A DNA stretch of 64,000 nucleotides from a virus (Duplodnaviria > Caudoviricetes): IMG/VR virus record IMGVR_UViG_2847593706_000001, positions 22,144-86,143 of that record. One strand, written 5' to 3'. Within the stretch, counting starts at the first letter, position 1; each line of letters begins with the position of its first letter. A model generated the notes under the pieces. The model did no database searches. It worked only from the letters and a program-made list of their open reading frames with translations, and was not told the DNA's origin. Position numbers and translations under genes: made by a program. Positions 56,085-64,000 of the stretch are shown here, piece by piece.

Positions 56085-59000
56085 TTATTGTAAGCTAACT
56101 AATGATAGTTTCATAAATCTTTTAAAGCTCTTAACTGCAGCTTCAAAATCTTTCTTATTTCCATATTTATCAATCATGTATAAAACATTTCCGGGAGTAT
56201 AGTATAGAATATAGTTGTAATCTATTCTCTTTGTTTTGCCTATTATAGCATTGTATAATAATTCTTTAAAGTGGTTAGCTACTTCTTTCTTTTCAAATAT
56301 GTCAAATACTTGCATTTCAGCTAAACAAGAGGAACTACCATCTGAAAGTTTTGCCACTTCTGAAGGACATAGTTTCTTGTCTTTAATGAAGTCAATATCT
56401 TCAATATAAAAAACTCCTTCTTTAAATCTCTCTTCACTTGTTTTTTTATACTTGTTTTTGTCATTGTCTATGTAAATATTAAAAACAAGCTTGGTATCAT
56501 TTATCTTTTTTAGTATTTCATCTGACTTCTCTACTCTGATTTTAAGTTTAATAATGCTGAATGTAAGCTCAATATCCTTTAATTTATTAGATAATAACGC
56601 ATTTTTAATTTCTCCAATTTCAATACTTCCACTTCTATGTAAACTTGTTAGTTGGTTCATAGCATAATTGTATAGTTTATTATTGAAGCTATTAATATAT
56701 TTAGTAGGGAGTAAAAACCATTGTAATGAAAGATGATCTAAATTACAGGCTTCTATTTTGGGTATTATTTCAGATGGCTGGTACAACTCAATAAATTCGC
56801 CAAGTAAATAACTGTATCCTTTTTCAGATATGTTCTGAATTTCAGAAATTACTTTTATACATTCCTCCAAAGAGACTATTTCTTTTGATTCTAAGGTTTT
56901 TAACGCCATAGGAATACTATAAAAAGTATAATCTTTTCTATTATAGTACTTAGTCCAGAACACAGAGATACTTGATATATCTATGTGTTGTTTTCTGTTT
57001 AATGCCAATCTAATATATTCATGGATTTTATTACCTAAATTGAAGCTACCTATTTCTTTATATTTTAGTATAAGTTCTTTTAGAGTTAAATGATTATAAT
57101 CATTTTTATCAATGTTACTAACTTCATAACCTTTGGCTATTAAGTTCTCTTTTACATCTTTTAAATACCAATTAGCGTAATAGTAAGAATCGGGATACTT
57201 GTCTAAAAATGGTGTTAATTTAATAGCTCCTCTGGACTCAAATCCATCTAAATATATTTCTATGGCATCAGATAGCTCTTCAAGCCCCTTATATCTTTTC
57301 TGATGTATATATAAGTTTTCAATTATCAGGACTAAATAGTCTTTAAAATGAAAACTATTTTTCAATAATTCATTTATTCTCTTTTTAGTAACAGCTTTAT
57401 CATGCTGTATGAAGAAATATTCTTCCTCATTAACATCTTGATTTAACTGTTTATGAAAGTGTTCAGTTGAGTAATTATCATTTGAAACATTATTGTATAG
57501 TAATATAGGATTATTTGTACTTAAGTAGAAAAGCATTCCAAATAAATATCCAGAACTTGTAATATCTTCTTCTGTATAGCCATTAAACAATAATGTCTTT
57601 ACATAAGTATAGAGAAACCCATTAGGAGTTGAAATATGATCTCTATATAAAAGGTTTATAATTAAAGATAATTCATAATAATGTAATACCTCAAAATCAT
57701 TGAATTTACATTGATACATGCTATCTCTTATATTAAAATAAAAATCTCGTATTGCTTCAATGTCTATATTATCCTGTATAATTTGTTCAAAAGTACTTAT
57801 AGAACAGAACTTTCTTGATATCTGTTTTCTCTGATTATCTTCTAATTTAAACAATGAAAGTCTTGAAAGAAACCTTTTCTCTAAATTAGTTACTGAATTA
57901 TATACCTTTTCATTGACACTGTCCTTTAATTTTTTGTAATTATTAGATCTGTTACGGAGATATGTATTGAAACTGTCATGGAATAAAGAAACTCTATTCA
58001 ATTTGATATCAAATAAGTAAGGGTGCTCTTTTATAAACTCTTCAACATAATATTTTGATTCACCTAAAAATATTTCCAATTCTGAGAACATTATATAAGA
58101 ATCAGTACATAAGAATAATAAAAGAGAATGCTTTCCTTTCTCATTTTTAATGATCCCTTCATAAAAGCTATCAATATCTTTTAATTGTTCTATTTCAGGA
58201 AGTTCTTTATTCAGTTTATAAAATTCAGCTACATACTTAACAAGTAATGGATAACCTTGTGTTAAATAGAAAATTTGATTTTGGGTTTTGTAATCACTAA
58301 TATGGAATAACTCATCTAAAACCTGCTCGGTTTGATTTTTATTCCAGTTTTCTAAGATGTGTTTCTTCCATTCCAGCTCTGTAACTAAAGGCCTTGAGAG
58401 GACTATTACTTTACAGTGTTCTTTCAACTCTTTTATAAACTCTATGAATTTATCTAATTCATGTTTATTATAATTTTCAACATGATCTAGACCATCTATA
58501 ATAAAAGTAATTTGTCTCTTTTTAAATTCTTGAAATAGATCAGAAATAGATCTATCCTTTAAATCTTTGAATGTCTTTGTGAATATGTCTTGTATGAAAT
58601 TCTTAAACTTTAATCTATCCAGATAATCTCTATCCTGATTTCCAATCCAGAATCTATACAATATATTTTGAGGATATAATTCAGTCAATGAATTCACAAA
58701 GTGACTTTTACCTACACCTGGCTTACCTTCTATTAGAAGTATCTTTTCAAACTCTAGCAGCTTGTGGCTAATATTAACAGAGGTCTCTTGTAGGTCTATA
58801 TTAAATGTTTTTAATATCGGTAAACTAATTCTGTCTATTTTCCATATTCTTTCATCTAGGAGCTCATTTAAAAAGGCTTCAATTTCATATCTTCTGTTTA
58901 GGTTCCCATTATATAAATCATCAATATAAATATCAACATCTCTGCGACTCATAGAGACTATGTAAATATCATCTAATTTATAACAATCAAAATCCAAGAT

Positions 59001-59309
59001 TTTGGAGTTTGGAATAATATCGATATGTTTAAAGAATAAAATATTCTTATATGTAGAAAGTTTGTGTGGTTTACCTTTAATTAAAAGCTCTCCACTTTTT
59101 ATAATTAGGTCAGTTATATTAATATTTTCAAAGTCTTTGATCTGAAAGTACAGTATATCATTATTAATAGATACTGTAAGGTCGTCAAATTTGTTATCAA
59201 CTTTAGCTTCAATTTCAATACGAGAGATATTTCTTTCAGCATCCATAATAGATAATAAAAGTAATGTTATATGTTTCTGATAAGTATAACCACTAAAGGC
59301 GTTTCTCAT
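56085..59309 (-). CDS. Nuclease-STAND NTPase (Avs-like architecture, 1074 aa)
   Basis: GYTYQ...FDDL...FQIKD (Cap4/DUF4297-like nuclease); GKPGVGKS; IIDGLDH; GYPLL; long helical C-terminus. Confidence 0.8.
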   Translation of the reverse strand: MRNAFSGYTYQKHITLLLLSIMDAERNISRIEIEAKVDNKFDDLTVSINNDILYFQIKDFENINITDLIIKSGELLIKGKPHKLSTYKNILFFKHIDIIPNSKILDFDCYKLDDIYIVSMSRRDVDIYIDDLYNGNLNRRYEIEAFLNELLDERIWKIDRISLPILKTFNIDLQETSVNISHKLLEFEKILLIEGKPGVGKSHFVNSLTELYPQNILYRFWIGNQDRDYLDRLKFKNFIQDIFTKTFKDLKDRSISDLFQEFKKRQITFIIDGLDHVENYNKHELDKFIEFIKELKEHCKVIVLSRPLVTELEWKKHILENWNKNQTEQVLDELFHISDYKTQNQIFYLTQGYPLLVKYVAEFYKLNKELPEIEQLKDIDSFYEGIIKNEKGKHSLLLFLCTDSYIMFSELEIFLGESKYYVEEFIKEHPYLFDIKLNRVSLFHDSFNTYLRNRSNNYKKLKDSVNEKVYNSVTNLEKRFLSRLSLFKLEDNQRKQISRKFCSISTFEQIIQDNIDIEAIRDFYFNIRDSMYQCKFNDFEVLHYYELSLIINLLYRDHISTPNGFLYTYVKTLLFNGYTEEDITSSGYLFGMLFYLSTNNPILLYNNVSNDNYSTEHFHKQLNQDVNEEEYFFIQHDKAVTKKRINELLKNSFHFKDYLVLIIENLYIHQKRYKGLEELSDAIEIYLDGFESRGAIKLTPFLDKYPDSYYYANWYLKDVKENLIAKGYEVSNIDKNDYNHLTLKELILKYKEIGSFNLGNKIHEYIRLALNRKQHIDISSISVFWTKYYNRKDYTFYSIPMALKTLESKEIVSLEECIKVISEIQNISEKGYSYLLGEFIELYQPSEIIPKIEACNLDHLSLQWFLLPTKYINSFNNKLYNYAMNQLTSLHRSGSIEIGEIKNALLSNKLKDIELTFSIIKLKIRVEKSDEILKKINDTKLVFNIYIDNDKNKYKKTSEERFKEGVFYIEDIDFIKDKKLCPSEVAKLSDGSSSCLAEMQVFDIFEKKEVANHFKELLYNAIIGKTKRIDYNYILYYTPGNVLYMIDKYGNKKDFEAAVKSFKRFMKLSLVSLQ

Positions 59310-59319
59310 ACTAAAAGGC

Positions 59320-61578
59320 TTAAATACTTTTTTGATATATTTTTGTTATACTTTTCTCAAAAATATTTATTACCTCATCTTGATGATTTTTTAATTCACC
59401 TATCAATATTAAATAATGAGGTTTAAATAGCCTTAGTTTTCCTATTGAAAGAGCATACAAAAACTCATAAACAGCCTCTCCCTGATATTCATGTTTATGT
59501 TTTAAAAAAGTTAATAGCAAGCTTAACATTTCCAAAGAAGTATTTTCACTAATGGAATAATTTAATTCCTCATCTTTTGCAGCTCTTAAAATTGAAGCTT
59601 GAATAACTCCATCGTTAAATCTATTGAATACTAGAGGAGTAAGTAGATTTCTTACAAAACTTGTTTGATAAAGTACTTTATTTTTATCAGTCCTCATATT
59701 ATTTAAAATACAAGAAATTGTAAAGTAGATGTCCGATTGACAGATATTTTGATAGTAACTGTTGTCATTGAAAAAAGCAGAATTCTGCCTGATCCTTAGT
59801 TCTTTTCCATCAATACTATTATAAAAAATATTATTACTTCCTCCTTTAACTTGTGAACTGGAAAACGAGTCAAGTGTACTTATTCTTTCCTTGATAACAT
59901 TACAAATTTCATCACTTTCTTCTAAAATTTGCTTCAAGAAATCACTTTCTCTGATCCAGGATGTTTCTGTGTTTGTGTTGTCACAAAAAATTTTTTCTAT
60001 TTCAATGAATGTACTGTTTTCAGGTCCGTATAGCCCATATTTGATATTACTTCTTAATTCATCATATTGTTTTTGATTATTAACTCTATTAATTCCAATA
60101 AAGTATATGAGTCTTAATGATGCATAATTTCTGAAATATCTACTCAAATACAGTAGATTTTTACCATTACTTATACACGATCCTACTATCAGAATAGAGC
60201 CAACAGTATTTTCATGAATATCATATTTAGAAAGTTCAGAATGATTAACAATTGTTGGCTCAACACCAATTTGTGGTTTAATAGAATCAGAAATGTATTC
60301 TGCTAATCCTTGAGAACCTTTGTCATTTAAATGAATAATATATTTTATGGATGCCGGTATGTATTGTTGTATGTAAGAATCTAGTTTTTCTTGATGTTTA
60401 GGATACTCCTTAAGATTGTTTATTATTTTCTCATAATCAATATATAAGTCGTATTTTTTTCTGTTTGCTGTGTCTTCAGCATAAGATACTTTTAGTGTTG
60501 TTCCTATATCATTGGTATTTTTGAACTTGAATAATTCTACAAAATCTTTAATTTCTTTTTTTATAAAACCAACAGTAATTTGTTTTGATTCAACAATTGG
60601 TTCATCTATACTAAATGAATCTCCAATGATATTTATCGCTTTAGAGTGATTTTCACAAAATCTGCATTGTTTTACACTTGTATTATAGATTTCATATTCT
60701 TCAATACCATAATTCAGATCTTTGTTAAATGTTAAATCGCATAACACTTGCTCTACTGTTACATTAGATTTCTTTTCTAATGGTAGATAAAATAGAAAAC
60801 ATATTGAATTTATACTAATTTCACTATGATTTCTCTTTATATGTTCTAGTATTCCTCCTGATGTTGAAGCGGATATTAAAAAAACGGAATTAGTATTAAA
60901 GATTGTATTTTTATTATACAGTCCATCATATGACTTAAATGATTCTATATTTATTGCTCTATCTGAATTAAATCTTTTTAAAAAATTTATTATAGAATAT
61001 CCTATTACATTTATAGATAAAGTATCACAGTAAATATTTTCAAATTCATTTGAACAAATCAAATGTAGGGTGTTAATTGCAATAAAATCAATTTCTGATT
61101 TATTCAATAATACATTGGCTGTTCTTAAAAATTTAGCAGAATGTTTTCCCGAAGGAAATTTAAAGTGGTGTGAGATTCCTTTACTTTCTACCAATCCTCC
61201 ATTCTTTATAAAAATATTTACAAGTCCTTGCCGTACTATCTCTTTTATATACTTTTCAATTTTCTTTTTACTACTTGTTAGAATTTTATTCTCATTATAC
61301 TTAATAAAAAATAAATTTTTAGATAAAGTTGTTTCTTCAACTTTAGGAATACTTTTAAATATTAAATCAATCTTCTCCTGTAGTTCATTTTCAAAATCAC
61401 TTTTATCCTCACCATAAAAGAAAATAATACCATCTGATTGAGCTGAATTTTTAAAAAAATCATATAACTCATCCCTTAAATTAGAGTAATTAAAATCTTT
61501 ACTCGGGTTGAAGATTACAGTTACTTTCTTGAAGTCATTTAATGGTAGATTAGCATTGTATATGTAGAATTGACTCAT
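59320..61578 (-). CDS. Protein with two PRTase-like folds (752 aa)
   Basis: HFKFPSGKHSAKF (OPRTase-like hood); VFLISASTSGG and ILIVGSCISNG (degenerate PRPP loops). Confidence 0.6.
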   Translation of the reverse strand: MSQFYIYNANLPLNDFKKVTVIFNPSKDFNYSNLRDELYDFFKNSAQSDGIIFFYGEDKSDFENELQEKIDLIFKSIPKVEETTLSKNLFFIKYNENKILTSSKKKIEKYIKEIVRQGLVNIFIKNGGLVESKGISHHFKFPSGKHSAKFLRTANVLLNKSEIDFIAINTLHLICSNEFENIYCDTLSINVIGYSIINFLKRFNSDRAINIESFKSYDGLYNKNTIFNTNSVFLISASTSGGILEHIKRNHSEISINSICFLFYLPLEKKSNVTVEQVLCDLTFNKDLNYGIEEYEIYNTSVKQCRFCENHSKAINIIGDSFSIDEPIVESKQITVGFIKKEIKDFVELFKFKNTNDIGTTLKVSYAEDTANRKKYDLYIDYEKIINNLKEYPKHQEKLDSYIQQYIPASIKYIIHLNDKGSQGLAEYISDSIKPQIGVEPTIVNHSELSKYDIHENTVGSILIVGSCISNGKNLLYLSRYFRNYASLRLIYFIGINRVNNQKQYDELRSNIKYGLYGPENSTFIEIEKIFCDNTNTETSWIRESDFLKQILEESDEICNVIKERISTLDSFSSSQVKGGSNNIFYNSIDGKELRIRQNSAFFNDNSYYQNICQSDIYFTISCILNNMRTDKNKVLYQTSFVRNLLTPLVFNRFNDGVIQASILRAAKDEELNYSISENTSLEMLSLLLTFLKHKHEYQGEAVYEFLYALSIGKLRLFKPHYLILIGELKNHQDEVINIFEKSITKIYQKSI

Positions 61579-61582
61579 TTAC

Positions 61583-62779
61583 TTAGTTTTGATATGATGA
61601 ATAGTTGAAAGGATATAAAATACTTATAAAAGTGCCAGATAATTTTTTATTACTTGTACTTCTAAAATTGTTATTATTCCAATCTTCAATAATTAAATCA
61701 GTAAGATTATTTATGTCTACTTGTGTATACTCATCTTTAATCATATTTCTATAAGCAATATATTTATCTGTACTAATTTTCAAAAATCCCTTTTGGTCAA
61801 TTGTTTTTAAGATTCTATCTAATCCCAAACCTTTTTTAGACTTTAGATTTGTTGTAGAGGAGGTTTGATTTTTAACAAGGCATTTTTTTAATATAGTAAT
61901 ATCGTCTAAGTCATCTTTATCTTGAAATTTATCTATAAAACCAATTCCAGAATCAAACACACTAATTTCTAAATAATCTATTTTCTTATAATCTGTAACG
62001 CACTTTGTTTGGATTGTTTCCTCTTTTAGAAAAACCTCAATTGGGGTGTCTTTAAAGTCTTCAATTATATTTTCATACATATTACTATGAAATCTTAGGT
62101 ATAGTCCTCGTATACTTGGATTAATTGGAACATTATCTCTATTTGTTTTACCCCATTCAAAAGTATTTTTAATTAGCTCATATATTATAGCACCAATATC
62201 TAATAAGATACTTTCAAATTCTGTAAGATTATTAAAATTATATGTTAGTATATTTTTTTTAAGAATTTTCTTAATAACATCTATTATTTGTTCTTCATTT
62301 TCATTAAAACCATTAGAATTTTCAAAAAGCTTTACTAATCCTTTACTATTTGAAAAATGATCAATATTAATCAATAATGATTTGTTTGATTTTAGCCTTT
62401 GAAATGAATTCATTTTTATAAAAAAATCGTTTTGCAAACTTCTTAATTCATCTTTTATAGTATCTCCTTTGGAATTTGTAAACTTTGTAGAATTCCAGAA
62501 TAATGATACTATAGGGTATATAAACTCTTGTTCATAAACTTTATCTAAGTCTTCGGCACTATCAATTGAGAGTTTAATTTCTTTTACAATATATTTATTA
62601 TTCAGTGTTATTAAGAATTGCAACAATTCAGCCAGCACACCAAATCTATATTTTTCTATCTCTTTTGGAAGTACTATTCTAAATTCACCACTGTAATTTT
62701 TCTCATAGAGATAATCATCATATAAAGCTTTTATTTTTTTTGAAGTTAAACTTCTTTGGATTTTTATATCAATCATCAA
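61583..62779 (-). CDS. GHKL/HATPase-fold protein (398 aa)
   Basis: N box ELIKN, G1 DSGIG, G2 GLGL, G3 SGT. Confidence 0.75.
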   Translation of the reverse strand: MMIDIKIQRSLTSKKIKALYDDYLYEKNYSGEFRIVLPKEIEKYRFGVLAELLQFLITLNNKYIVKEIKLSIDSAEDLDKVYEQEFIYPIVSLFWNSTKFTNSKGDTIKDELRSLQNDFFIKMNSFQRLKSNKSLLINIDHFSNSKGLVKLFENSNGFNENEEQIIDVIKKILKKNILTYNFNNLTEFESILLDIGAIIYELIKNTFEWGKTNRDNVPINPSIRGLYLRFHSNMYENIIEDFKDTPIEVFLKEETIQTKCVTDYKKIDYLEISVFDSGIGFIDKFQDKDDLDDITILKKCLVKNQTSSTTNLKSKKGLGLDRILKTIDQKGFLKISTDKYIAYRNMIKDEYTQVDINNLTDLIIEDWNNNNFRSTSNKKLSGTFISILYPFNYSSYQN

Positions 62780-63029
62780 TATTTATTATAGGAATAATTC
62801 AAAAATAAGGAATATTAAATAATTTTTTTAAAATTTTTTGAAGTCCTGCAAAAACCCACTCCTCCTCAAGACTAATGCCCCCCACGTATTTTTGGAGAAA
62901 ACTCCCCCATACCTTTTTTATTAGGAAATAAAATTTCAGGCAGACTATAAATTGTTTTCTACAACTATAGTTTAATCTGAACACATCTCTTTAGAAAATG
63001 TAAAAATCTAACTCAAAAATTTAAAAACA

Positions 63030-63437
63030 ATGGTAAGAATTATCAGTTACAAAGCAAGACAAAGAGAGGATGGTACAACATTTTGTGCCTTAGAAGTTCA
63101 AGGAGGTATTGAAATGGTGTTAAGCCAAAAGACCAATCAGTATTATGCTACTGCAAAGAAAACTTTTATTTCATCTACATTTGATGAAGAAACCTGCAAG
63201 GCATTAATTGGTACTGAGCTTCATGGTAATGTTCAGAAAGAAGAATGTGAACCTTATGAATATGTTATCAAAGAAACAGGAGAATCAATTATTATGCAAC
63301 ATAGGTTCGTGTATATTCCCGAAAGTATTGTTCCTTCTAGCTCAATAAAAGCTAACAGAGCTTCTTCTGATAACTTTGAGGCAGATCTGGAAAACTTTTC
63401 TACGAATGGGAAATATGACCATGTTCTAGCAGATTAA
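63030..63437 (+). CDS. Conserved small backbone protein, possibly ssDNA-binding (135 aa)
   Basis: Homologue of 44360-44731; acidic tail. Confidence 0.75.
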   Translation: MVRIISYKARQREDGTTFCALEVQGGIEMVLSQKTNQYYATAKKTFISSTFDEETCKALIGTELHGNVQKEECEPYEYVIKETGESIIMQHRFVYIPESIVPSSSIKANRASSDNFEADLENFSTNGKYDHVLAD

Positions 63438-63468
63438 TTTTAAAGTTCTAACATAACTCTATTGTATA

Positions 63469-63523
63469 AAACTTCCACTTTCGTATTGTATACTATAATG
63501 TGTAAATACGAGGTTGGAAGTTT
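63469..63523. promoter_or_regulatory. Second IR-CTATA-IR origin-like site of element 2
   Basis: AAACTTCCACTTTCGT-N23-ACGAGGTTGGAAGTTT, same geometry as 52157. Confidence 0.6.
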
Positions 63524-63559
63524 TTTATTTTCTAATTACTCACTTAACCCTTTTTATTT

Positions 63560-64000
63560 ATGCAACATCATCAGGTATCAGAAATACAAGTTTCTTATTC
63601 TCCTAACATAATAGAGACTATTATCTCTACTAGTGAATCCTCATATATGCTAGCTCTCAACAATTGGAATCTAGATACTATTGAAATGTGTGAGGAAGCT
63701 AAAGTATTGTTTCTTAATAATGCACTTAAGGTTATTGGTATTTATAATTTATCAAAGGGAGGCATATCTTCGAGTGTAGTAGATATAAGGTTAATTCTTT
63801 CTATAGCATTAAAATCTATATCCACTCATATCATATTAATTCATAATCATCCAAGTACAAGTTTAACACCAAGTAAGGCTGACATTGATATTACAAGCAA
63901 ATTGAAATTAGCTTGTGGTTTTTTAGAGATTAAGCTGTTAGACCATCTAATTATTAACAAAGAATCTTATTATAGTTTTGCTGATGATGGGTTATTATAA
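63560..64000 (+). CDS. JAB/MPN (RadC-like) protein
   Basis: CEE...LIHNHPS...PSKAD...LLDHLII. Confidence 0.92.
   Translation: MQHHQVSEIQVSYSPNIIETIISTSESSYMLALNNWNLDTIEMCEEAKVLFLNNALKVIGIYNLSKGGISSSVVDIRLILSIALKSISTHIILIHNHPSTSLTPSKADIDITSKLKLACGFLEIKLLDHLIINKESYYSFADDGLL

Larger units (their letters stand above)
48179..64000. mobile_element. Integrative element 2 (right end just outside window) carrying an NTPase/PRTase/SIR2 defence cluster
   Basis: Same backbone order as element 1. Confidence 0.9.

Noticed and set aside
62799-62984. 61-aa minus-strand ORF
   Set aside because: Overlaps the conserved C-rich non-coding block; not conserved as protein in element 1
1-64000. Reverse transcriptase systems (retron, DGR), IS transposases, rRNA
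   Set aside because: No RT or DDE transposase motifs or rRNA-like sequence recognised

Overview
AT-rich Bacteroidota DNA; the TAnnTTTG promoters and IntDOT-type integrases suggest Flavobacteriales (inference). The window is entirely mobile DNA: three elements stacked in tandem at the 3' half of a CAT-anticodon tRNA. (1) 1-30595 is the right part of a temperate siphovirus-like prophage, mostly on the minus strand. It holds the tape measure gene, tail/neck genes, a frameshifting tail chaperone, tRNA-Cys, terminases, a small-gene cluster with its own XRE switch, replication/recombination genes and a cro/cI switch. (2) 30554-48220 is a 17.6-kb integrative element. (3) 48179 to beyond 64000 is a sister element. 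Both elements share one backbone: integrase, SF2 helicase, origin-like inverted repeat, AAA ATPase, DUF3871-like gene, defence cargo, C-rich site, small conserved gene and JAB/RadC. Neither shows a recognisable capsid, relaxase or T4SS gene. Element 1 carries a multi-nuclease restriction cluster. Element 2 carries a GHKL-ATPase / tandem-PRTase / nuclease-STAND / SIR2 cluster. The first 4.4 kb of the two elements appear identical, and cis-site mismatches suggest element 1 is a hybrid. All family assignments come from motifs recognised by eye; no searches were run.
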